This document shows, one piece after another, positions 9,504 to 17,854 of a stretch of 64,000 bases of DNA (the stretch's first letter is position 1; each line of letters begins with the position of its first letter). This DNA is from Phycisphaeraceae bacterium (lineage in GTDB: Bacteria; Planctomycetota; Phycisphaerae; Phycisphaerales; Phycisphaeraceae). The notes below the pieces were generated by a model. The model was given only the letters and a program-made list of their open reading frames with translations, was not told the origin of the DNA and did no database searches. The DNA lies in contig OY771506.1 of the NCBI GenBank assembly GCA_963674705.1, positions 5,408,001-5,472,000 of the forward strand. Reading direction: 5' to 3'. A program made the translations under genes and the position numbers.

Positions 9504-11552
9504 TTAGTGCTCTCGACCGGCAAAACCAAGGTTTTCTTCCATCCAGTCGTCGCTCTTGAGTACACTCTTACGCTGACGGCGGGCAAGCCGTTGTGATCGA
9601 TCCTGGGCCTTCTTGAATAACCGTTTATACCACTTGCCCGAGACTTCACGGTCCCCGCAGCGCTTCGCTGCACGTTTACCGCTACGACCGGCATACTTGC
9701 GGATCAGTTCATCTTCCAGACTGACAAACGCGATCGCCGAGCCCGGATCGCCCTGTCGGCCGGCGCGGCCGTAGAGCTGGCGGTCGATACGCCCGGATTC
9801 GTTACGCTCGGTAGACACCACGTGCAGCCCTCCCGCCTCTGGCACGCCCTTACCCAGCTTGATATCCGTTCCACGCCCGGCCATGTTCGTCGCGACCGTA
9901 ATGCGCCCCGGCTGACCCGCATCCGCGACGATCTCTGCTTCCTCCGCGTGACGCACCGCGTTGAGCACCACGTGCTTGAGCGCCTTGGCGTTCAACATCG
10001 AACTGAGCTTCTCGCTCGCCTCCACGCTGCGCGTCCCGACTAACACGGGTTGGCCCTTCTTGTGAATACGGCGGATCTCCTCCACTACCGCTTCCCAGCG
10101 CGCTTCAGATGAACCAAAAATCCGATCCGGATGATGAATACGAATGCAAGGCCTGTGCGTCGGGATCTTCACCGTCGGCAGCTTGTAGACCTGCCAGAAC
10201 TCGTGCCTCGCTTCCCATGCCGTACCCGTCATCCCGCAGAGATTGCGATACATGCGGAAGAACCGCTGGAAACTCACACGCGCCATCGTGTCCTTCGGCG
10301 GCGTCACTTCCAGCTTTTCTTTCGCTTCCACCGCCTGGTGCAGACCATGACGCCAACTACGATCGGGCATGAGTCGACCGGTCGATTCATCCACGATCAC
10401 GACCTTGCCTTCCTGCACGACGTACTGTTGACCTTTGAGGAATAGCTCCTTCGCCGTGATCGCCTGAACGATCAGTTCCTCGCGCATGCGCGGGCTCTGC
10501 CATATGCCCGGCAAATCTTCACACAACTCATCGATACGGTGCTTACCCGTACGGTTCAAATCCACATCACGGAACTTCAGGTTGACCTTGTAGTGTTCGC
10601 CCTGATCCATATCGCGTGCAAGCAACGCCGCCTGCTCGAACGCCTGGGTCTGCTCATCATTCGGTGCTTCGCTGGAGATAATCAGCGGCGTCACCGCTTC
10701 ATCGATCAACAAGGAGTCTGCCTCGTCGATGATCGCTGTTTCAAGACCACGCATCACCAGACGATCTACGCCGCCCATTCCGCCGAGATTGATCTTGTTC
10801 ACCAGCGCATCGGTCAACCCGCGCATCCGTCCCAACTGAAGCCGATCTCGCAGGTAATCCGCAGCGATTTCCTTGTTCGTCCCGTACGTGATGTCACAAA
10901 GGTAAGCCTGCCTGCGCTCCGGCGGCGGCTTTTCCCCATCAACCCAGCCGACGCTCAGACCGCACGCGGCATATAGCTTCTTCAAGCTGGTCGCATCACG
11001 CTTGGCAAGATAATCATTGACGGTCAGCACGTGGCAACCGCGCCCGCGCCAGCCGGCGATCACCGCAGGCATCGTTGCAACTAATGTCTTGCCTTCACCC
11101 GTCGCCAGTTCCACCAACGATCCTTCCGTCATCGCCAGCGCCGCCGCGACCTGCTCACGGTATGGATGCAATCCCATTACGCGGCGTGAAACCTCACGCA
11201 CCAGCGCCATCGCCCGGTCGATATCTTCGTGCTTCTGCCTGCCAAGCCGAAACACCATGCGCAACTCGGCCGCCGCCGCTTGCAGGTCCGGATCGGATAA
11301 CACGCTGAACTGCGGGTCCATCGCAAGCACGCGCTCGGCTCGTTTCAGGTAGCGCCCGGTTCTTGGGACCAAAGGCACGAACTGGCCGACCATCGCGTCC
11401 CAGATCGCATCCAGGCCTTTAGGCAACTTCGGTGCATCACGTCGTTGCGCCAGCATCCGCCACGTCCCGATCGGTGCAGCCCACGCCGGCGCAACGGTCG
11501 TCTGCGCCGCACCGTGTTCAGCAGGCATGTGTTGGTGGGTCGTGACAGCCAT
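9504..11552 (-). CDS. secA2: Accessory SecA-like ATPase (SecA_DEAD/SecA2-type), C-terminally truncated
   Basis: ELATGEGKT, VLTVNDYLAKRD, IIDEADSLLIDEAVTPLIIS, GRLMPDRSW..GLHQAVEAKE, GMTGTA, VATNMAGRGTDI, RIDRQLYGRAGRQGDPG. Only 682 aa. Confidence 0.9.
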   Translation of the reverse strand: MAVTTHQHMPAEHGAAQTTVAPAWAAPIGTWRMLAQRRDAPKLPKGLDAIWDAMVGQFVPLVPRTGRYLKRAERVLAMDPQFSVLSDPDLQAAAAELRMVFRLGRQKHEDIDRAMALVREVSRRVMGLHPYREQVAAALAMTEGSLVELATGEGKTLVATMPAVIAGWRGRGCHVLTVNDYLAKRDATSLKKLYAACGLSVGWVDGEKPPPERRQAYLCDITYGTNKEIAADYLRDRLQLGRMRGLTDALVNKINLGGMGGVDRLVMRGLETAIIDEADSLLIDEAVTPLIISSEAPNDEQTQAFEQAALLARDMDQGEHYKVNLKFRDVDLNRTGKHRIDELCEDLPGIWQSPRMREELIVQAITAKELFLKGQQYVVQEGKVVIVDESTGRLMPDRSWRHGLHQAVEAKEKLEVTPPKDTMARVSFQRFFRMYRNLCGMTGTAWEARHEFWQVYKLPTVKIPTHRPCIRIHHPDRIFGSSEARWEAVVEEIRRIHKKGQPVLVGTRSVEASEKLSSMLNAKALKHVVLNAVRHAEEAEIVADAGQPGRITVATNMAGRGTDIKLGKGVPEAGGLHVVSTERNESGRIDRQLYGRAGRQGDPGSAIAFVSLEDELIRKYAGRSGKRAAKRCGDREVSGKWYKRLFKKAQDRSQRLARRQRKSVLKSDDWMEENLGFAGREH

Positions 11553-11567
11553 ACTTCGCTAACTCTG

Positions 11568-13751
11568 TTAGAACCGCTCCTGGATCACCTGCGTGATTGA
11601 AAGCCACCACTGCTGCAACAGCGGTGTATGCTTGAGGTCGAAGCGGGTCACCACGCGTTGTCCCGTGAAAAGACGTAGTTCCTTCCCGTCTTTTGCTGGA
11701 AGCGGCTCGATCTGCACCTCCCAGAACGGGTCCTGCGATTGTGTGCCCTGTTCGTCTTGCATATCCACCGGCAACGCACCGCCGCCTGCAAAACCCAACG
11801 CTGGCGATGGTAGTTCACGACGCCCAACTTCCAAAACGCGTACAACTTTGCCATCGATCAATTCATCGGGGCGGCCACGCACACGCATCTGAACCGTTGA
11901 CCCCACGATGGAAAACTGTGATACCCATGGCCCAGCATATTTATCCAGCACGACACGGATGCGAGGCGACTCATCCGTCAACGTGCCGATGGGTTGGCCT
12001 TGTTTTACATAAGACCCGCGCAGTTCATCCGCATTCTCACTGACCCAAACACCATCGAATCCCGGCTTGATCGTCAACGCATCAAGCTGCTGCTCAACAC
12101 GCGCGAGCTGCTCGTTGATCGCTTCGATCTGTCCCAACATCACCTGCGCCTGAGCCGGCTCATCTGATCGGGCCTGGCGGTAGTACGCTTCGTAAAGCCC
12201 CTTATCCGCCAGCAGCTTTCTGTGTTCGATTTCAAGCTCGTAATTTTTTGCAAGCACCAATTGATGCCCGCCCGCCCGGACATTTGTCGCAGACGGCAGC
12301 ACATCTTCGATAAACCCATCCGCCCCGGCAAAGACCATCTCGATACGGTTTGGCTCGACCACCCCCTCGCCCCGCGCGTGATACGGCGCGGGGATCATGC
12401 CCAACGAACCGATCAATACCGCAAAGAAAACCACCGTCACAAGCTGCGCACGCGCCCTGGTGCGCAAAAGCTCTGGATTAACCAACAGGTAGTGGACCCA
12501 CTTGCCAATCGGCACGATCACCCAGCCAATGATGCCCGACATCGCCAGCAGGATGCCCAGGTACTTCAGCGAGTCAACCACGAACAGGATGATCGAAACC
12601 GAGATGAACACGCGGTAGATCGCAGCCGAGATGCAGTACACAGTCAGCCAGAACCGCTCGCCCGAAGAATGCGATGGATCGCGAGGTCGACGCACACCAT
12701 ATGCGAACTTCTTGACCAGGTAATACAGGTATTCCTTGCTGCGCTGCTGAAGGTTAGGCGTTTCCAGCAGGTCAGAGAGGATGTAGTAGCCGTCGAACTT
12801 GATCAACGGGTTGGCGTTAAACAGGATCGTCGTCACGCCGGCGATGAAGATCATGTTGTAGGCAAGCGCCGCGGTCGGCGTACCCGGTGACGCGTTCGAC
12901 CAGATAATCGCCGCAACCGCGCCGATCGCCGTTTCGACATACATACCGGCCGCACCGATAAACGCTCGGTGCCACTTGTTACGCAGCGCCCATGCACTGG
13001 ACGCATCCACGTAAGGCAACGGCATAAAGACGATGAACATGATGCCCATCGTGTGTACCTCGCCGCCCGAATGCGATTGCCTGCCGAAGTGTTTACACGC
13101 GAATCCGTGGCCGAACTCGTGGATCGCCTTGATCAGGATCATGCACACGTAAAGCAAAGGCAGGTTCGACGGCGAGAGGATGCCGGACCGCTGATCCCAC
13201 AAATCATCCACACGCCCCGCGATCGACCACAACCCCGCGCCGATCAGGATCGCCCAAAGGATCAGACCGATAGGCCCGAAACACCAGCCGAACACTTTGA
13301 CCCAGCTATCCAGGATATGGTCCGGATCGAACAGCGGGATGCGCGAGAACAGCAGGTTCATGAAGTACCCGCCGACCTCGCGCCGCCGCCGCTTGCGGAA
13401 TCGCTCAAACATCCCAGCCGCATCGGCGGGCAGGTCCGCATCCAGCAGGTTCGATTGATATAACTGCCCCAGCAACTGGATTGCTTCGCCCTGTGTCGGC
13501 GCGCTATCACCAAGCTGTTCACAGCAGACGTTCCACGCGTCCGCCACCTTGCGCTGCCCGTTCAGCAAACCGACAAAGTGATAACTCGCCTCGTCCAGCC
13601 GGAAGAACTTGTTATTCGCCGAGTCACGCAGGACGTGCCACGTCCGCCCGCGGTAGCGCTGCCGATAGCTTTGCACCAACGACCGCAGCCGCGGCTTCAA
13701 CTCCGCCACGCGGTACCAGCTTTCCGAAAATGTTGGGCGATCTACTGGCAA
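11568..13751 (-). CDS. Fusion of a PqqD/RRE-like N-terminal domain, a site-2 protease (M50) and a HlyD-like adaptor
   Basis: HEFGH zinc motif and FNANPLIKFDGYYIL (NPxxxxDG) in the TM region; N-terminal FFRLDEASY..LLNGQRKV winged-helix-like segment; C-terminal GEGVVEP / IKPGFDGVW MFP motifs. TTG start. Confidence 0.85.
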   Translation of the reverse strand: MPVDRPTFSESWYRVAELKPRLRSLVQSYRQRYRGRTWHVLRDSANNKFFRLDEASYHFVGLLNGQRKVADAWNVCCEQLGDSAPTQGEAIQLLGQLYQSNLLDADLPADAAGMFERFRKRRRREVGGYFMNLLFSRIPLFDPDHILDSWVKVFGWCFGPIGLILWAILIGAGLWSIAGRVDDLWDQRSGILSPSNLPLLYVCMILIKAIHEFGHGFACKHFGRQSHSGGEVHTMGIMFIVFMPLPYVDASSAWALRNKWHRAFIGAAGMYVETAIGAVAAIIWSNASPGTPTAALAYNMIFIAGVTTILFNANPLIKFDGYYILSDLLETPNLQQRSKEYLYYLVKKFAYGVRRPRDPSHSSGERFWLTVYCISAAIYRVFISVSIILFVVDSLKYLGILLAMSGIIGWVIVPIGKWVHYLLVNPELLRTRARAQLVTVVFFAVLIGSLGMIPAPYHARGEGVVEPNRIEMVFAGADGFIEDVLPSATNVRAGGHQLVLAKNYELEIEHRKLLADKGLYEAYYRQARSDEPAQAQVMLGQIEAINEQLARVEQQLDALTIKPGFDGVWVSENADELRGSYVKQGQPIGTLTDESPRIRVVLDKYAGPWVSQFSIVGSTVQMRVRGRPDELIDGKVVRVLEVGRRELPSPALGFAGGGALPVDMQDEQGTQSQDPFWEVQIEPLPAKDGKELRLFTGQRVVTRFDLKHTPLLQQWWLSITQVIQERF

Positions 13752-13755
13752 TGTT

Positions 13756-13813
13756 GGGTCTGGGGTCTAGGGTCTGGTCAGAGCTAATGGCTAACGGCTA
13801 ACAGCTAATGGCT
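13756..13813. repeat. Bipartite heptamer array (GGGTCTR x3 + GCTAAYR x4)
   Basis: GGGTCTG GGGTCTA GGGTCTG at 13756-13776 and GCTAATG GCTAACG GCTAACA GCTAATG at 13783-13810. Confidence 0.9.
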
Positions 13814-13819
13814 CTGCTC

Positions 13820-15697
13820 CTAGAACCACAACTTCATCCGCAGCCAGTTCACCGCTTGTCGGGTCCATATCCACGCGTACGAGGCTTCGCCCGCATCGAT
13901 CTTCGCCATCCCGGCCGTGCCCGGCAGCAGGTTCCTGCTGTCAGCGGGTGGCTTTAACAGCTTCACGCGGACACTGAAGATGTTCTTCTGTTCTTTCACC
14001 TGGGCCATCGGCTCGATGCGATCAACTTCGAAACGGTAATACTTGCCCGGTTCTGCCGCGGTCGCAAGATAGCCCGATTGCCCTTCCTTGACATCTGCGA
14101 TCATGTCTTCGGGCACTTCCAGACGGGCACGCAGGTTGTCCAGTTGAGCGATCTCAAACATCGCATCACCCTTCGTCACAGCCTGGCCCACCCGACGCTT
14201 CAGATCACCTTCAACCACCACGCCCGACACCGCCGACACGATCGATGATTGGCTAAGCCAGTAGTCAATCTCATCGATCTGCGCCTTCACGCCGTCAGCC
14301 TGATGCTGGGCGATCTGCACTTCGACCGTCTTGTTCTCACGACGCGCCAGGTCCGCCTCTTTCAGGTAACGCAGATGCTCCGCCACCAGCGACGCACGAC
14401 GCAGCCGAAGCTCCGCCGTCTCCATCGATGCCAGCACGCTCTGCCCCGCCGCAACCGTATCGCCGGGTTCGACATTCACCTGCTTGATGTACCCATCGAA
14501 CGGCGCAGCAATCACCCGGCCTTCCTGCGCTTCGATGATAAACGGCGCATCAACCCGGTACGTCCCCTTGGCGAAGATCAAAAAGATGATCAGCGCCGAG
14601 ACACCAATCGCTGTCAGCTTAGCCCAGGTATGACGCGGGCCGACCAACGCTGCCCCGGCTTTCTTGGCTGAGATCGCCATCTTCGCGCCGATCCACCGGT
14701 CCGTGTCGTGCAGGTTACCGATCAATGCGGCGCAGAGGTTACACGTCAGCCGCAATCCCTCAGCATCACGCATGTTCAGCGGACGATCGACGGGCCTTTC
14801 GACCGTCAATACACCGATCAGTTCATCGCCCCGCCGTAGCGGCATGCTACAGATCACCGTCGGGCCGTGCTTCTCACTGAGCCTGGCTGCGGCACGTGCG
14901 ATGTATGGCACCTCGGGCGGCGCAGGATGGATAATCTCAACCTGCTGGTCCATGCACTCTTCCATCGCGGACTCGATGTCCTGAACGAGTTGCATCTTGC
15001 GGTTGAACTGTTCGGTCTGGCTCATCGCCTGAAGCTTGACGTAAGAGCCTCGCTGGATACCCAGACTCACGCGCTCCGCTTTCCAGCGGTTGGCGATCTC
15101 ATTACATAGCGCGATCGCTGCCGGCTTGAACTTCTGATGCTCGTTGATCGCCGCGCTGACGCTCATCGCCGCGGCAAACACATCCAGGTCACCCTGACGG
15201 CGCTGCAGCGATAGCCGCATCTCGTAGAGGCTCAGCAGCGTAACCGTCAACTCAAGACGTTCCCGGCACTGTTCGAGCAGACTGGCGTCACTGTGATTCA
15301 AGAGAAACGCGCTGATGCCACGCACCTGCCCACTGCCACGCAACGGCAGGATCACGATGTGTTGGCGCGCGTTTTGGCCGTACATCTCTTCCGTCGAATG
15401 CACGGGCAACAGGATCGTTTGAGCATTTTGGACGACCGATGGCATCGCCTCCGCGGCCTGCGCCAACCATACCGGCGCGGGTGTCCCGGGCGTGGGCTCC
15501 GGATACACCGCCAGCACTTCCGGCCGCCCTTCCTGGCCGACTCGCAACACAGCGCCGGCCTCGGCTAAACCCAACTGACACTGTGCCGCAAGCAACTTGC
15601 GCAGGAACGCCTCGGGCGGCCCCTGAAAGGCTACCAATTCATCGACGATCGCGGCTGGACTCATCGGCCCCGCCTGCATGTTTACGTGCTGTGTCAT
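13820..15697 (-). CDS. GAF-domain-containing HlyD-family adaptor
   Basis: GAF-like segments (ILPLRGSGQVRG; CSMPLRRGDELIGVLTVER), a central TM, then IAAPFDGYIKQVNVEPGD MFP motif. ATG 15697 preferred over 15733 because the upstream extension is a hairpin repeat. Confidence 0.85.
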   Translation of the reverse strand: MTQHVNMQAGPMSPAAIVDELVAFQGPPEAFLRKLLAAQCQLGLAEAGAVLRVGQEGRPEVLAVYPEPTPGTPAPVWLAQAAEAMPSVVQNAQTILLPVHSTEEMYGQNARQHIVILPLRGSGQVRGISAFLLNHSDASLLEQCRERLELTVTLLSLYEMRLSLQRRQGDLDVFAAAMSVSAAINEHQKFKPAAIALCNEIANRWKAERVSLGIQRGSYVKLQAMSQTEQFNRKMQLVQDIESAMEECMDQQVEIIHPAPPEVPYIARAAARLSEKHGPTVICSMPLRRGDELIGVLTVERPVDRPLNMRDAEGLRLTCNLCAALIGNLHDTDRWIGAKMAISAKKAGAALVGPRHTWAKLTAIGVSALIIFLIFAKGTYRVDAPFIIEAQEGRVIAAPFDGYIKQVNVEPGDTVAAGQSVLASMETAELRLRRASLVAEHLRYLKEADLARRENKTVEVQIAQHQADGVKAQIDEIDYWLSQSSIVSAVSGVVVEGDLKRRVGQAVTKGDAMFEIAQLDNLRARLEVPEDMIADVKEGQSGYLATAAEPGKYYRFEVDRIEPMAQVKEQKNIFSVRVKLLKPPADSRNLLPGTAGMAKIDAGEASYAWIWTRQAVNWLRMKLWF

Positions 15698-15701
15698 AAC
15701 A

Positions 15702-15727
15702 ATCCCCCGGCTTAACCGGGGGGCTTC
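15702..15727. repeat. REP-like hairpin (GAAGCCCCCCGGTTAAGCCGGGGGAT on -)
   Basis: CCCCCGG/CCGGGGG stem inside the operon, between the DUF3467 and GAF-HlyD genes. Confidence 0.6.
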
Positions 15728-15746
15728 GGACATCGGGTCACATTAT

Positions 15747-16139
15747 CTACTTCGTCCGGTCCGCGGCGTTCAACTTCAGCTCGCCGAACTTCTCTTCATA
15801 GCCGCGCACGATCTGCCCCAGAGACAGCGCCAGCCGTTTGGCTGTGTAATAGTTGAGGATCAGCCGGTCATTAACCTGGAACAGGATGTCGCCGGCCACA
15901 TCCGAACTCTGTGCCTGCGGGTTCGGCACCACCATATTCAGACCAAAGTCAACGATCACCTCTTCACTGGTCGCGTTGGTCTTGAAGGCGTTGGCGTAGC
16001 TGCTGGACATGTTCGATTGATCGACGCGCAGGCGGACCTGCTTGCCGCCGGTCTGCTGCTGCGCCTGATTTTCAACCGAATCGCCCTGTACAGGAATCTG
16101 TCTGGAATCTTCTGCCACTGTGTCGCTCCTGGTGTTCAA
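15747..16139 (-). CDS. DUF3467-like small protein
   Basis: SSSYANAF..NATSEEVIVDFG...RLILNYYTAKRL...YEEKFGEL matches the DUF3467 pattern as recalled. The start may be a few codons downstream. Confidence 0.8.
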   Translation of the reverse strand: MNTRSDTVAEDSRQIPVQGDSVENQAQQQTGGKQVRLRVDQSNMSSSYANAFKTNATSEEVIVDFGLNMVVPNPQAQSSDVAGDILFQVNDRLILNYYTAKRLALSLGQIVRGYEEKFGELKLNAADRTK

Positions 16140-16285
16140 TAATGTGTATCAGGTATCAGCCATGTGAGGCATCATGATACCCCGGTTATCGGGCTAGAGT
16201 GGCGCCCGCTAAGCAGGAGTGAACTAGCCTGCCGGATTGTTAGTGTACCAAGTGAAATCGGTCTTTGTGCGCCGCCGCTCAAGCC

Positions 16286-16996
16286 CTATTCCGGCTCAGT
16301 TTTAGGTTTTGGTTTGCCCATATCCAATGCCGCCACATCCTGATCCCGGCCGTACACGATTAATACGTCCCCAGCCTGGATCCGGCTCGATCCTTTAGGC
16401 GCACCGGTAAACCCGCCGCCCGGATGATGGATCCCCAATACCATGATGCCCGCGTCTGGTAACCTTGCCTCTGCAAGCGATTGATTGACCACAGAATCCC
16501 CTTGCTGAACCATGATCTCCGCCACGCCATAATTGTCCGCAAGGTGCAATAACTCCGCATAATCCCGGGTATCCAGCGTGGTCCAGCGGCACAACGCCGC
16601 CGCTATGATCCGGGACATGTGACGGTCAAGCCATTTGCTTGCCGAGAGCAACCACAATAAGCCCACCCCCACAACGATCATCACCATGCTCATCGCCCAG
16701 CCGATGGATTTATCGCCTGCGTTGGCGAACGTCAGGATCAAGGTCGTCGCGACCGACGCCAGACCTACGTTCCCAGCCATCATCAGCAGCATCACGATCC
16801 GCCGTCTGACGGGGTGATTCACGACTGACTCCGATTCACTGGTCGTAAAGCCCGCCCCGGTGAACGCTGAACGGGCCTGAAACCGGGCCGATTCTCGCGA
16901 CAACCCCGTCAAGACCAACGCGACAGTCGCCACCCGGTTCACGATCATGGACAACACCACAACCAGCAGCAGAGAAAGGACTGGCAGCATACTCAC
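16286..16996 (-). CDS. Membrane protein with K+-channel-like pore segment and C-terminal TrkA-C (RCK_C) domain
   Basis: ARFQARSAFTGAGFTTSESE pore-like motif and C-terminal VLGIHH...P..SSRIQAGDVLIVYG. Confidence 0.85.
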   Translation of the reverse strand: MSMLPVLSLLLVVVLSMIVNRVATVALVLTGLSRESARFQARSAFTGAGFTTSESESVVNHPVRRRIVMLLMMAGNVGLASVATTLILTFANAGDKSIGWAMSMVMIVVGVGLLWLLSASKWLDRHMSRIIAAALCRWTTLDTRDYAELLHLADNYGVAEIMVQQGDSVVNQSLAEARLPDAGIMVLGIHHPGGGFTGAPKGSSRIQAGDVLIVYGRDQDVAALDMGKPKPKTEPE

Positions 16997-17191
16997 CTCG
17001 TAACTTGCCCATGATCCTGACCGACTTTTAGCAAACCGTCAAACCCGCATCTCACATAGACCCATACCGCCACGAATACCGCGTCAAAAACAGACAACGG
17101 ATGCGGCGGTATACTGTTGGTTCTCGATAACCGTTCAATCATGGCGTGATCCAACAAACACACGCCAACATCTTGTACGAGGGAGTTTATC

Positions 17192-17770
17192 TTGGCAGAC
17201 CTGTCTGATACCGTCGTCGTCGTCTCCGGCCTGCCCCGCTCAGGCACCAGCCTCATGATGCAGATGCTCGAAGCCGGCGGCGTCCCACCCTTCGCGGACT
17301 TCGAGCGCGTAGCCGACGAAGACAATCCCAAGGGCTACTACGAACTCGAAGCGATCAAGAAAGTCAAGGAAAATCCCACCCTCTTGGATGGCGCCGAGGG
17401 CAAGGTCGTCAAAGCGATCCACATGCTCCTGATGGACCTGCCGGGCAATCATAAGTACAAGATCCTGTTCATGCGTCGCAACCTCGATGAAGTACTCACA
17501 AGCCAGCGCAAAATGCTAGATCGCTCCGGCAAAAAAGGCGCAGCCATACCCGAAGCCGCTTTGAAAAAAGTCTTTGAAAGTCAACTGGCCAAAGTGGACG
17601 CCTGGACAGCTTCCCAAGAAAACATCGAAGTATTGAACGTCGAACACCGCGCCCTGCTGACCGATCCCGCGCCGGTCGTCGAACAGATCAACGCGTTCCT
17701 CGGCGGCACCCTTGATACCGAAAAAATGACGGCAACCGTCGACCCCACGCTCTACCGCAATAAAGCCTGA
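17192..17770 (+). CDS. Sulfotransferase-family protein
   Basis: VVSGLPRSGTSLMMQ (5'-PSB loop), DNPKGYYE, FMRRNLDEV; GAGGGAG RBS before TTG. Confidence 0.85.
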   Translation: MADLSDTVVVVSGLPRSGTSLMMQMLEAGGVPPFADFERVADEDNPKGYYELEAIKKVKENPTLLDGAEGKVVKAIHMLLMDLPGNHKYKILFMRRNLDEVLTSQRKMLDRSGKKGAAIPEAALKKVFESQLAKVDAWTASQENIEVLNVEHRALLTDPAPVVEQINAFLGGTLDTEKMTATVDPTLYRNKA

Positions 17771-17854
17771 AACCCGTCCTTCCCCCGGAAGCTGCGCTGC
17801 TATGGCGCGGTTGCTTCAGCAATCCACGCTGTACGCTGCGCGCGCTCGGTGCTA

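Noticed and set aside
17790..17850. Degenerate palindrome TGGCGCGGTTGCTTCAGCAATCCACGC between convergent genes
   Set aside because: Imperfect and single-copy in the window; cannot distinguish a decayed REP from a terminator.
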